Below, piece by piece: positions 52,193 through 60,872 of a stretch of 64,000 bases of DNA. Each line of letters starts with the position of its first letter. Position 1 is the stretch's first letter. Location: assembly GCA_018673475.1 (NCBI GenBank), contig JABHCN010000010.1, positions 37,138 to 101,137 on the forward strand, read 5' to 3'. Made by a program: the position numbers and the translations under genes. This stretch comes from Actinomycetota bacterium (GTDB taxonomy: Bacteria; Actinomycetota; Acidimicrobiia; Acidimicrobiales; MedAcidi-G1). The notes beneath the pieces are model-generated. The model saw only the letters and a program-made list of their open reading frames with translations, did no database searches and was not told the DNA's origin.

Positions 52193-53136
52193 TGCCCGCA
52201 TTCAAGCCCCAGACCCCGATGATCGTCGACCCTGCAGGTGTGGATGCCAGCAACGCGGTCAGGCCCATGGGCCAGACCACCGACACCAGTCGGGCCGAGG
52301 TGGTCGATGAGACGGGCGGTCTGCCACTTGTCGACTTCGAGAATACCTCGAACCCCTACATCGACTACCAGAGCATCGATCTGTTGTTGACGCTCCAGCA
52401 CCCCCGCAGCGATGCCTACGACGAGATGTGCTTCTACATCATGGGCCAGGTCAAGGAACTGCTGTTCAAGTCGCTGCACTTCGAACTGCACAACGTCAGG
52501 CATCTTGTCATGGAGGACCAGCTCGCTGACGCCCTATTCATTGCCGACAGGGCGCTTGAGATCACCAAGTTCCTCACCAACGCATGGGATGTCGTTGCGA
52601 CGGTGTCGGCCGAGGGCTTCAACCAGTTCCGCAACCACCTGGATCAGGCCTCGGGGCAACTCTCGTTCATGTTCCGCCACGTTGAGTTCATCCTCGGCAA
52701 TAAGGACCGCCGCTTGGCGAGCGCCCACCGCAACGTCCCCCACGTCTGGCCCTACATGAAAGAGGCCCTGGAGAGCCCGAGCCTCTACGACGAGGTTGTT
52801 CGTCTCCTGTCGCGACAGGGTTTCGAGATCGCCCCCGAGGCCCTCGAGCGTGACTGGGCCGACCAGTACGCCCCCCATGAGAGCGTTGAGCAGGCCTGGT
52901 TCGACATCATCGGCGACGCCAGCACTGGCAATGGCCTCTACAGGCTGGGCGAGGTCCTCGTTGCCCTCGACGACCAGATGGCCCAGTACCGCTGGCGCCA
53001 CTTCGTGCTCGTGTCGCGCATCATCGGCTACAAGCCGGGTACCGGCGGGTCCGCTGGTGTCGAGTGGCTGAGGCACACCACCGACTTTCGCTACTTTCCC
53101 GAATTGTGGTCGGTGCGCACAAGGCTGGGTGCCTGA
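52192..53136 (+). CDS. kynA: Tryptophan 2,3-dioxygenase-family haem protein (atypical)
   Basis: YDEMCFYIMGQVKELLFK aligns without gaps to the TDO HDE.LFI..HQ..ELWFK block. FNQFRNHL..ASGQLSFMFR and YRWRHFVLVSRIIGYKPGTGGSAGV match the TDO C-terminal haem-ligand region. Confidence 0.65.
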   Translation: MPAFKPQTPMIVDPAGVDASNAVRPMGQTTDTSRAEVVDETGGLPLVDFENTSNPYIDYQSIDLLLTLQHPRSDAYDEMCFYIMGQVKELLFKSLHFELHNVRHLVMEDQLADALFIADRALEITKFLTNAWDVVATVSAEGFNQFRNHLDQASGQLSFMFRHVEFILGNKDRRLASAHRNVPHVWPYMKEALESPSLYDEVVRLLSRQGFEIAPEALERDWADQYAPHESVEQAWFDIIGDASTGNGLYRLGEVLVALDDQMAQYRWRHFVLVSRIIGYKPGTGGSAGVEWLRHTTDFRYFPELWSVRTRLGA

Positions 53137-53319
53137 CCGGGTGCCGGTGGATGGTCTGTTGAGGTTGCCTATCACCGGTTGACTACCGACGAGAACTGCC
53201 CTATCGTCACATCGTCGGACCATACCGGTCAGTCGGTCGGTTGGTCGGATGCAGGACATATATAGGTCAGGACGTTTCTCTGGAACGTGGTGGGGGCACT
53301 ACTCGGGAGGGGTTTTCTG

Positions 53320-54597
53320 ATGGGCCGTAAGCGCTCGATCTGGGTTGCATTGTTGGTGGTGTTCGCATTGGTTGCTGCTGCGTGTGGCGGCGATGACGAT
53401 GCGACAGGTGATTCCGCGGCTCCTGCGGCGACGACCGCGGCTCCTGCGGCGACGACCGCGGCTCCGGTTGTTGAGCCTGTGAGTACTGAGCCGATCAGGA
53501 TTGGGAACCTGACGTCGTTTACGGGTCCTTTCACGCCGTGGGGGATTCAGGTTCGTGACGGTATGCAGATGGCGGTTGATGAGATCAACGCTGCTGGTGG
53601 TGTTGGTGGGCGGATGTTGGAGTTGATCGTCGTCGATGACCAGTCCAATGCCGAGGAGGCGACCAACGCCATTGAACGTCTCATCGAGGATGGTGTCGTT
53701 GCTGTTGCCGGCACGATCTCGAGTGATGTGGGGCTCTCAACGTCGCGGATTGCCGAGGAGGCCCAGGTTCCGTTGTTCATGACCAAGGCCGGGTCATCGG
53801 CGATCCTCACGACCGACAGCCGGTACACGTTCCGTACCTGTATGCCTGCGGCGGCGATGGTGGCTGCACCGATCGCCCAGTACGCGCAGGCCCAGGGGCT
53901 CACCAGGGTTGGTGCCGTAATCGCTGACTACGGCTGGGGTCAGTCGATCAAGGGGGCTCTGGAGGCTGAGTTCGCTGCACTTCCCGGCGTGGATCTGCAG
54001 ATCGAGGTGGCTCCGGTTCCTGAGAAGGACTTCACCACCTATCTGCGGAGCCTCGAAGGGTTCGACCCTGAGTTCCTGGTTGCTACGGGTCATCCGCCGG
54101 GTACGGGTGCGCTCACAATCCAGTCCGGTGATCTGGGCATGGGTGTCCCGATCACCGGTCCGTGGGCGTCTTTGGCTGCGGTGATGGAGGGTCTCGGAGA
54201 TTCAGGTATCGGCCGCTATTCGGACTTCAGTTGTGCCGACTACTTCAGCGACTCGTACCAGGATCTGGCTCGGCGCTATCTGGCATTCTCGGGCAACCCG
54301 TTCATGGAGGACGATGCAGTTGCCGGGTTCGGGATTGTGACAATGCTTGCTGATGCCATCTCCAACGTCGGTGACGATTCCGCTGCGATAGCGGAGTACC
54401 TGCACGGGCAGACCTACGACCTACCCGGCTACGCACATGAGTTGGGATGGACCGAGTGGGGTGAGATCGCCAACTCGCAGCCGATCATGGTCGTCGTAGG
54501 AGACGGCTCCGCCCCCGAGGGCCTCGAAACCCCCGGAGGCTGGTATCCCGAACTCCTAATCCAGGCAGCACCCATCCCACCACACGTACCCTCTTAG
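53320..54597 (+). CDS. ABC transporter substrate-binding lipoprotein (type 1 periplasmic binding protein, Leu/Ile/Val-binding-like)
   Basis: Start at ATG 53320 (GGGAGGGG upstream). Lipobox LVAAAC. Ala/Pro/Thr linker, then IRIGNLTSFTGPFTPWG...AVDEINAAGGVGGR, typical of LivJ/K-like binding proteins. Confidence 0.85.
   Translation: MGRKRSIWVALLVVFALVAAACGGDDDATGDSAAPAATTAAPAATTAAPVVEPVSTEPIRIGNLTSFTGPFTPWGIQVRDGMQMAVDEINAAGGVGGRMLELIVVDDQSNAEEATNAIERLIEDGVVAVAGTISSDVGLSTSRIAEEAQVPLFMTKAGSSAILTTDSRYTFRTCMPAAAMVAAPIAQYAQAQGLTRVGAVIADYGWGQSIKGALEAEFAALPGVDLQIEVAPVPEKDFTTYLRSLEGFDPEFLVATGHPPGTGALTIQSGDLGMGVPITGPWASLAAVMEGLGDSGIGRYSDFSCADYFSDSYQDLARRYLAFSGNPFMEDDAVAGFGIVTMLADAISNVGDDSAAIAEYLHGQTYDLPGYAHELGWTEWGEIANSQPIMVVVGDGSAPEGLETPGGWYPELLIQAAPIPPHVPS
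53416..53465 (+). repeat. 21-bp tandem repeat (about 2.4 copies) encoding AAPAATT units in the lipoprotein linker
   Basis: GCGGCTCCTGCGGCGACGACC at 53416-53436 and again at 53437-53457, then a partial third copy. Confidence 0.85.
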
Positions 54598-54626
54598 GCC
54601 TGTGGAGATGGCGACGAGGTGGTCCG

Positions 54627-55370
54627 GTGACGGTTCTGGAACTTGATGACGTCGAGAAGCACTTCGGAGGCCTGCCAGCCGTAGACGGTGTGAGCCTTGA
54701 GGTTGACGAGGGCGAGATTCTCGCCCTCGTCGGCCCCAACGGCGCCGGAAAGAGCACCCTTCTGAAGATGATCAGCGGACTTCAGCCGCCCACCCGTGGA
54801 AACATACGGTTCCTCGGCGGGGAGATCGGTGGACTTCAGGCCCACACCGTGAGGCAACGTGGCGTTGCCATGGTGTTGCAGACACCTCGAACCTTCGAAT
54901 CGATGACGGTGCTGGAGAACGTCATCGTGGGAGCCATGTTCGGTACGGCCCATGGTCGACTGCCCGATTCGGTCGCACTCGCCCGCGCCAGGGAGGCTCT
55001 TGGCTTCGTAGGCCTGGCCGGGCGTGCCGACGAGGAGGTCGGAACCCTGAACCTGCACCAGCAGCGCTTCCTCGAGCTTGCCCGGTCGCTGGCGGGGCGC
55101 CCACGGCTCCTCCTGCTCGACGAGGTCATGGCCGGGCTGAACGACACCGAACTCCAGGCATCGATCGACATAGTCCGGATGGCCCGAGATGAACTTGGTG
55201 TGACGGTCATCTGGGTCGAGCATGTGATGAAGGCGGTGATGAGCCTCGCTGAGCGTGTTGTGGTCCTGGATTTCGGCAGGTGCCTGGTGGATGGCGTACC
55301 GGAGGTCGTCATGCGCGATCCAGCAGTTGTGACTGCGTACCTGGGTGCGGAGATCGGTGAGGATGGCTGA
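54627..55370 (+). CDS. livG: Branched-chain amino acid-type ABC transporter ATP-binding protein (LivG-like)
   Basis: Walker A GPNGAGKST, signature region and Walker B LLLLDEVMAGL. Confidence 0.85.
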   Translation: MTVLELDDVEKHFGGLPAVDGVSLEVDEGEILALVGPNGAGKSTLLKMISGLQPPTRGNIRFLGGEIGGLQAHTVRQRGVAMVLQTPRTFESMTVLENVIVGAMFGTAHGRLPDSVALARAREALGFVGLAGRADEEVGTLNLHQQRFLELARSLAGRPRLLLLDEVMAGLNDTELQASIDIVRMARDELGVTVIWVEHVMKAVMSLAERVVVLDFGRCLVDGVPEVVMRDPAVVTAYLGAEIGEDG

Positions 55371-56073
55371 CGAACTGCTGCGGGTCTCCGACGTCTCTGC
55401 CGGCTACCTGGGCCAGGACGTCCTCCATGGTGCGGCACTCACCGTTGGTCAAGGCGAGGTCGTGGCTGTGATCGGCTCCAATGGCGCCGGCAAGACCACC
55501 TTGTTCCGTGCAGTCTGTGGACTCGTGAGGCCTTCCGGGGGCACGGTGCACTTTGATGGGATCGACATCACCGGCCTCGCTACACATAGGGCTTCACGCT
55601 CCGGCCTCGCCTACGTGCCGGCTGAGCGGCACCTGTTCCCGACGATGTCGGTACGCGAAAACCTTGTCCTGGGTGCATATCCGGAGCGGCATCAGACTGA
55701 GCAGCTCGAGTTCGTCTATGAGTTGTTCCCGCGCCTTGGCGAGCGGAAGACCCAGCACGCAGGAAAGATGAGTGGAGGTGAGCAGCAGATGCTTGCAGTG
55801 GCACGGGCCCTGATGTCTCGGCCCCGCCTTCTCGTGCTGGATGAGCCGACTACGGGACTGGCGCCGAAACTCGCCATCGAGGCCTATGCAGCCCTGGGTG
55901 AACTACGCCGGCAGGGGTTGACGATCCTTGTCGCCGAACAACAGGTCCCTCTCGTCCTGGGGCTGGCAGACCGTGGCTATGTGTTGGACCATGGCCGGAT
56001 TCAACTCACCGGGACGGCCAACCAGCTGGCAGACGACCCCGAGGTTCGACGTGCCTATCTGGGAGTGACATGA
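55363..56073 (+). CDS. livF: Branched-chain amino acid-type ABC transporter ATP-binding protein (LivF-like)
   Basis: Start at ATG 55363 (ATGGCTGA overlap). GSNGAGKTT, MSGGEQQMLAVARAL, LLVLDEPTTGLAP. Confidence 0.85.
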   Translation: MADELLRVSDVSAGYLGQDVLHGAALTVGQGEVVAVIGSNGAGKTTLFRAVCGLVRPSGGTVHFDGIDITGLATHRASRSGLAYVPAERHLFPTMSVRENLVLGAYPERHQTEQLEFVYELFPRLGERKTQHAGKMSGGEQQMLAVARALMSRPRLLVLDEPTTGLAPKLAIEAYAALGELRRQGLTILVAEQQVPLVLGLADRGYVLDHGRIQLTGTANQLADDPEVRRAYLGVT

Positions 56074-56083
56074 GGAGACGTAT

Positions 56084-56941
56084 ATGACAGCTGTCCTGTT
56101 GGATGGTGTTGTGCTGGGCCTGCAGCTTGGCCTCCTGGGTGTTGGTCTGACCCTCGTGTACGGGCTCGGCGGGGTGTTGAACCTGGCACATGGGCAGATA
56201 GCGGTTCTCGGAGCGATAGTCATTGCCCGTGCCACCAATGCCGGGTTGTCCATGGGCGTCGCCATTCTCCTGGGCCTGCTGTCCGTGGGCCTGTTCGGCC
56301 TATTGGTCGACCTGACCCTCATGCGGGCGGTCTATCGGCTCAGCGGCGAGAGCCGTGTACTCCTCGGGCTGCTCCTCATGCTGGGGGTCGGAACCATCAT
56401 CGACGGTGTCCTCGAGTGGAGGTATCCGATCGAGGCCCTGAGCGTGCGCATCACCGGTGCCCCAGTTTCAGTCCTCGGCGTAGCCATGAGCCGGGGCGCC
56501 CTGATGGCTTCGGCGATTGCCCTCGTCGCCGGATTCCTTCTCTTCATCTTCCTACAGTTCTCCGCCTTCGGGAGGGCCACGCGGTCGGTGATCCAGGATG
56601 AGGAGGGTGCCCGGTTGTGCGGTGTGAGTCCAGCGACGGTGCGAAGCACGATCTTCGTTCTGAGCGCGGTGCTGGCCGGCCTGGTGGCCGTCACCAGGTC
56701 CATGACCGCCCCGATTACCGTGACCTCAGGGTTCGGCCTGACGATCCTGGCACTCGTCGTCGCCGTAGTCGGTGGGCTCGGTAGCGTGTCGGGCGCATTC
56801 CTCGCTGGCCTCCTCCTCGGTATAGTGAACACGGTCAGCGCGTTCACGATCGGCTCCTACATCACCACGATCGTGTTGTTGGCTGCAGCCGCCATCACCA
56901 TTCTGATCCGGCCGAGTGGTCTGTTCGGGGGTAGGACGTGA
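56084..56941 (+). CDS. livH: Branched-chain amino acid-type ABC permease (LivH-like)
   Basis: Polytopic membrane protein. LTLVYGLGGVLNLAHGQ near the N-terminus is typical of LivH. Confidence 0.85.
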   Translation: MTAVLLDGVVLGLQLGLLGVGLTLVYGLGGVLNLAHGQIAVLGAIVIARATNAGLSMGVAILLGLLSVGLFGLLVDLTLMRAVYRLSGESRVLLGLLLMLGVGTIIDGVLEWRYPIEALSVRITGAPVSVLGVAMSRGALMASAIALVAGFLLFIFLQFSAFGRATRSVIQDEEGARLCGVSPATVRSTIFVLSAVLAGLVAVTRSMTAPITVTSGFGLTILALVVAVVGGLGSVSGAFLAGLLLGIVNTVSAFTIGSYITTIVLLAAAAITILIRPSGLFGGRT

Positions 56942-57987
56942 GAAGTCGAGCCGCGCACCTGGCTCAGGACGTGGTCGATGCCGGAGCGACGACGGGCAGG
57001 TCCCTTGGTCGTGACTTCGCACCCATCCTGATCGTGGCAGTGCTACTGGCGTTCCTGCCGATCAACTACCACGACTCGCGTTCGATGATGACGGTGATCA
57101 TCACCGGCCTTCTGTTCGCCGCGTATGCGATCGCGTTCAACGTGATCTTCGGTAGTACCGCTCAACTGTTCCTCTGTGTCGGCGCCCTCGCCGGGATCGG
57201 TGGATTCTCGGCGGCAATGTTGAGCGAGCGGGCCGGGGTTCCCATGTTGGTGTGCATCCTGATCGCGGGCGTGCTTGCCGGACTGGTTGGTGGCCTGCTC
57301 AGTTGGGTAGCGGTCAGCCGTTCTCTCGATGTGATCTTCACTGGTGTCGTCACCCTGGCGTTCTCGCTGTCCTTCCAGAGCATCATCCTGGGAAGGCGTG
57401 ACCTCACCGGTGGCGAGACCGGAATGGTGATCGATGCGGGATCCGACACGGTGCTGGATGGGAAGGTCGGGGCGTACTACGTGTTCCTGGGACTCGTCGT
57501 CGCCTATCTCGTCCTCTACCGGGTACTCCAGAGATCGCACATCGGTTGGGCCTTCAGGGCCCTCCGCGACGATGAGGTGGCGGCCGAACTGGCCGGCGTC
57601 GACGTTACGCGCTACCGCGTCTACGCGGCCCTGATCGGTTCTGCGATGCTCGGGGTCGCCGGTGCGGTGTTTGCGTTCCATCGCGGATTCATCGGGCCGT
57701 CCACCTACGCGTTCGGCGACGTCGACGTGCGCGTCCTGGTGATGCTTGTCTTTGGTGGTATCGGTTCGCTGCTGGCTCCGGTTCTGGGGGCGGTCGTGTT
57801 CACCATTCTCGACGAGGCCCTGATTTCGCTCGCCCAGTTGCGTGTCGTCCTGTACGGCATCGTCATCGTTGCCCTGTTCCTGGGGTTTCGACGCGGGGTG
57901 ATTCCGACGCTCGAGTCCGTGTTCTCCAGATGGCGAAACGGGGACGATGGTACGGCCGTGGAGTCCGGCTTCGTGACAGACGACTAG
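56938..57987 (+). CDS. livM: Branched-chain amino acid-type ABC permease (LivM-like)
   Basis: Polytopic membrane protein. IGWAFRALRDDEVAAELAGVDVTRYRV is typical of LivM. GTGA overlap with livH. Confidence 0.85.
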   Translation: MRSRAAHLAQDVVDAGATTGRSLGRDFAPILIVAVLLAFLPINYHDSRSMMTVIITGLLFAAYAIAFNVIFGSTAQLFLCVGALAGIGGFSAAMLSERAGVPMLVCILIAGVLAGLVGGLLSWVAVSRSLDVIFTGVVTLAFSLSFQSIILGRRDLTGGETGMVIDAGSDTVLDGKVGAYYVFLGLVVAYLVLYRVLQRSHIGWAFRALRDDEVAAELAGVDVTRYRVYAALIGSAMLGVAGAVFAFHRGFIGPSTYAFGDVDVRVLVMLVFGGIGSLLAPVLGAVVFTILDEALISLAQLRVVLYGIVIVALFLGFRRGVIPTLESVFSRWRNGDDGTAVESGFVTDD

Positions 57988-58039
57988 GTCTGCCTCTGGA
58001 ACAGCGGGGTGTGGACGGGCCTCAGGCCGTGGTGGTGGG

Positions 58040-59557
58040 TCAGGATGACCGCAACTTGTAGCGCTGGATCTTCCCGGTTGCGGTCTTCGGCAGGTCTGTG
58101 ACGATCTCGTAGCGTCGTGGCCGCTTGTAGCCGGCCAGTCGCTTCCTGCACCACTCGGTGAGTTCCTCCGGGTCCACTTCGGCGTCCGGCGCGGGGACCA
58201 CGTAGGCGACCGCACGGAGCACGTCGCCCTCGTCGCGTTCACCTACCACAGCGGCCTCGAGCACCGTCTGGTTCTCGATGAGCGTGGCCTCGACCTCAGC
58301 CGGCGACACCCACTCACCCCCGATGCGCATCATGTCGTCGGCACGTCCGAGGTATGTGTAGTAGCCGTCGCTGGAGCGGACATAGAGGTCGCCGGTACGG
58401 ACCCATTCTCCGAGGAAGGTGGAGCGGTTCATCTCGGTTCGGCACCAGTACCCGGTTGCCGCAGACTCGCCGCGGACGAGGAGTTGCCCCAGTTCCCCGT
58501 CCGGTTGGTCGTTTCCATCCTCGTCGATGATCCGGATCTCGTAGCCCGGTACCGGTATCCCGCTGGTTCCGGGCTGATACCGCTCGGGTGTGTTCGAGAG
58601 GAAGATGTGGAGCAGTTCAGTTGAGCCGATTCCGTCAAGGACGGTCACTCCGAATCGTTCCCTGAACCGCTCGAAGGTCTCTGCCGGAAGCGGTTCGGCG
58701 GCGGACACGCCATACCGGACCGAGGCAAACGTGTCGTCTGCAATCTCGGCATTGTTCAGGGCGGCCAGGAAGGTGGGAATGCAGAAGAACAGCGTCGGCT
58801 TCTCAGTGCTGACTATGTCGGCAACTAGCTGCGGTGTCGGCGGTCGGGTCGGTTCAAGGATGGATGTTGCTCCGACAGCGAATGGGTAGGTGACCGAGTT
58901 GCACAGGCCGTAGGCGTGAAACATCGGACCAACCGAGTAGAAGCGATCTGTCTCGAAAACGCCCAGTACGTTTGTGGCGTACGCCTCGAAGGCGGCGACG
59001 AGGTCACCGTGACGGTGCATGGCCAACTTGGGCAGCCCCGTCGTGCCCGACGTGCAGAGCCAGAATCCCGGGGATTCGGCCCAGGTCTCGTGGAGTCCAC
59101 CGTCGCCGGTCGATGCCGTGAAGTCGGCCCAGGAGACGGTTCCCGAGTCGCCGGACGTGGTGACTACGTGTTCCACCTCGGGTGCTCCCTGGCACAGGTC
59201 CTGGATGGAGGCACTCTGCTCATCCGAAACAACCACAATCCGAGCCCTTGAATCGGCGATGATGATTCCCAGATCCCGTCCCGGAAGGAGTGGGTTGGTC
59301 AGGACCGGGACGGCGCCGATGCGGAGTGCGGCCAGGAAGGCAGCGACGTACTCGACCGAGTCCAGCATGACCAGCGCCACTCGTTCCTCGGGCCGCAGGC
59401 CGAGTTCCCGCAGGCCAGTGGCTACCGCCTCTGTGTGTTCGAGCACCTCTGCGTAACTGACGGACTCGCCATGGCAGCGGATCGCCGTACGGTCACCACG
59501 CCCCTCTGCGATGTGGCGATCCAGGAGCCACTCACAGGCGTTGAATATGTCGTGCAT
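58040..59557 (-). CDS. AMP-dependent aryl-CoA ligase (benzoate/4-hydroxybenzoate/2-aminobenzoate-CoA ligase-like)
   Basis: LCTSGTTGLPKLAMHRH AMP-binding motif, YWCRT...GDLY and C-terminal LPKTATGKIQRYKLR. The N-terminus resembles benzoate-CoA ligase family members. Confidence 0.82.
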   Translation of the reverse strand: MHDIFNACEWLLDRHIAEGRGDRTAIRCHGESVSYAEVLEHTEAVATGLRELGLRPEERVALVMLDSVEYVAAFLAALRIGAVPVLTNPLLPGRDLGIIIADSRARIVVVSDEQSASIQDLCQGAPEVEHVVTTSGDSGTVSWADFTASTGDGGLHETWAESPGFWLCTSGTTGLPKLAMHRHGDLVAAFEAYATNVLGVFETDRFYSVGPMFHAYGLCNSVTYPFAVGATSILEPTRPPTPQLVADIVSTEKPTLFFCIPTFLAALNNAEIADDTFASVRYGVSAAEPLPAETFERFRERFGVTVLDGIGSTELLHIFLSNTPERYQPGTSGIPVPGYEIRIIDEDGNDQPDGELGQLLVRGESAATGYWCRTEMNRSTFLGEWVRTGDLYVRSSDGYYTYLGRADDMMRIGGEWVSPAEVEATLIENQTVLEAAVVGERDEGDVLRAVAYVVPAPDAEVDPEELTEWCRKRLAGYKRPRRYEIVTDLPKTATGKIQRYKLRSS

Positions 59558-59567
59558 GGTCGGTTTC

Positions 59568-59581
59568 CCTTCTCGAGAAGG
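59568..59581. promoter_or_regulatory. Perfect 14-bp palindrome CCTTCTCGAGAAGG, 11 nt upstream of the CoA-ligase start codon (overlaps its likely RBS)
   Basis: Read directly. On the minus strand it precedes GAAACCGACCATG. Confidence 0.25.
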
Positions 59582-59738
59582 TCGTGTGATCGTTATCTGA
59601 TCCGGGCGGTTCAGAGGTGACCTGATTGCCGACTGAGTCCGTGTTCTGCGGCCTCAACTGGCGAGAACAGATACCGAACACCGTCTCAGCATGTCAACAC
59701 ACCTCTGGATGGTAGGTGACCGGTGTTGCAGCTGGATC

Positions 59739-59752
59739 GGGACCTTGGTCCC
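59739..59752. promoter_or_regulatory. Perfect 14-bp palindrome GGGACCTTGGTCCC in the divergent intergenic region (DosR/DevR-box-like core)
   Basis: Read directly. Compare the mycobacterial DosR core GGGACTWWAGTCCC. Confidence 0.25.
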
Positions 59753-59930
59753 TCTCACTTCTCTGGAGTCAGGCTGACGATGGGCACAGGGTGTGATGCT
59801 CATGTCGCAGAATCCGGTTCCTGGCCGTGAGAGCCGGGTGCGGGTTGGCAGGTACCTGGTGGAGTCCGTTACGGGAATTTGATGACCATCGGTGCCCGGT
59901 AGGCCGTAGAGGTCGGCCTGTCGGGCATCA

Positions 59931-60842
59931 TTGGTGACCATGTCGGTGGCGAACGTGATCTTTGACGTATTGGCGCCGGTCGCCATCCTCGTCGGTCTGG
60001 GTGCCGCACTCGGGCCGAGGCTGAACGTAGGCATCGGTGGGCTCTCCCGTCTTGCCTACAACGTGTTCGGGCCGGCGTTCATCTTTGCCGTGCTGGCGGG
60101 AGCCGATCTGGAGCGCGGCGTGGTTGTTCGTCTGGTGCTGGCGGGTCTGGCCGGGATGGCGGCAGCCGTTGCGCTGGCGGTCCTGTGGTCACGGATCACC
60201 GGGGCAGGCTACGAGCTGACGGCGGCGGCGGCCATCACAAGTTCCTATGGCAACGTCGGCAACGCCGGTCTGGCCATTGTGGCGTTCTTCCTCGGTGAGC
60301 AGGCACTGCCCATTGCAGGCGTTCTGATGCTCACCATCAACTTGACCGGCCTTGTGTTGAGCGTCGGCCTCGCCGAAGCGCGGTCCAGGTCGCCGCTACC
60401 GGCTCTCGGGCGTGCACTGGCCACGCCGATGGCAATCGCCGGTGCCATCTCGCTCCTGGTCAACCTCTCTGGTGTGGATCTGCCCGTCGTGGTCGACCGT
60501 TCGATCGGGCTCCTGGCTGATGCCCTCATCCCTGTGATGCTCCTGACCCTGGGGATGCAGCTGATCAAGAGCGGACGGCCGTCATGGTCCAACGACCTGG
60601 GCGTGGTGCTGATCGCCAAGTTGGCGCTGGCGCCCCTTGTCGCAGGGTTGGCGGCTTCTGCACTGTCGCTAGGCGGCGACTTCCTGGATGCCGTCGTGAT
60701 TCAGTCGGCGATGCCGCCGGCGGTGTTCGCTGCGGTCATAGCTATCGAGAGCGACCTTGCGCCTGAACGGGTTACCGCGGCGGTGGTCCTGACAACTCTG
60801 GTGTCGGCCCTGACCCTGCCCGTGGTTCTTCTCGTACTCTGA
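59931..60842 (+). CDS. AEC-family (auxin efflux carrier-like) membrane transporter
   Basis: About 10 TM helices with two homologous halves. N-terminus VIFDVLAPVAILVGLGAALG. An alternative ATG start exists at 59940. Confidence 0.78.
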   Translation: MVTMSVANVIFDVLAPVAILVGLGAALGPRLNVGIGGLSRLAYNVFGPAFIFAVLAGADLERGVVVRLVLAGLAGMAAAVALAVLWSRITGAGYELTAAAAITSSYGNVGNAGLAIVAFFLGEQALPIAGVLMLTINLTGLVLSVGLAEARSRSPLPALGRALATPMAIAGAISLLVNLSGVDLPVVVDRSIGLLADALIPVMLLTLGMQLIKSGRPSWSNDLGVVLIAKLALAPLVAGLAASALSLGGDFLDAVVIQSAMPPAVFAAVIAIESDLAPERVTAAVVLTTLVSALTLPVVLLVL

Positions 60843-60872
60843 TCACCGGAGCCAGTAGGGAGTCGATTCGAG

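Noticed and set aside
57043-58242. 399-aa minus-strand ORF spanning livM and the start of the intergenic region
   Set aside because: It is antisense to a well-supported LivM permease, has Arg/Gly/Asp/His-rich composition and no recognisable motif. It would also run into the CoA-ligase gene.
59558-59930. Riboswitch or other known cis-RNA upstream of the AEC transporter
   Set aside because: I compared it by eye with the TPP, glycine, cobalamin, SAM and yybP-ykoY cores and found no convincing match. Only palindromes are reported. The 126-aa minus-strand ORF at 59654-60034 overlaps the transporter start and has no motifs.
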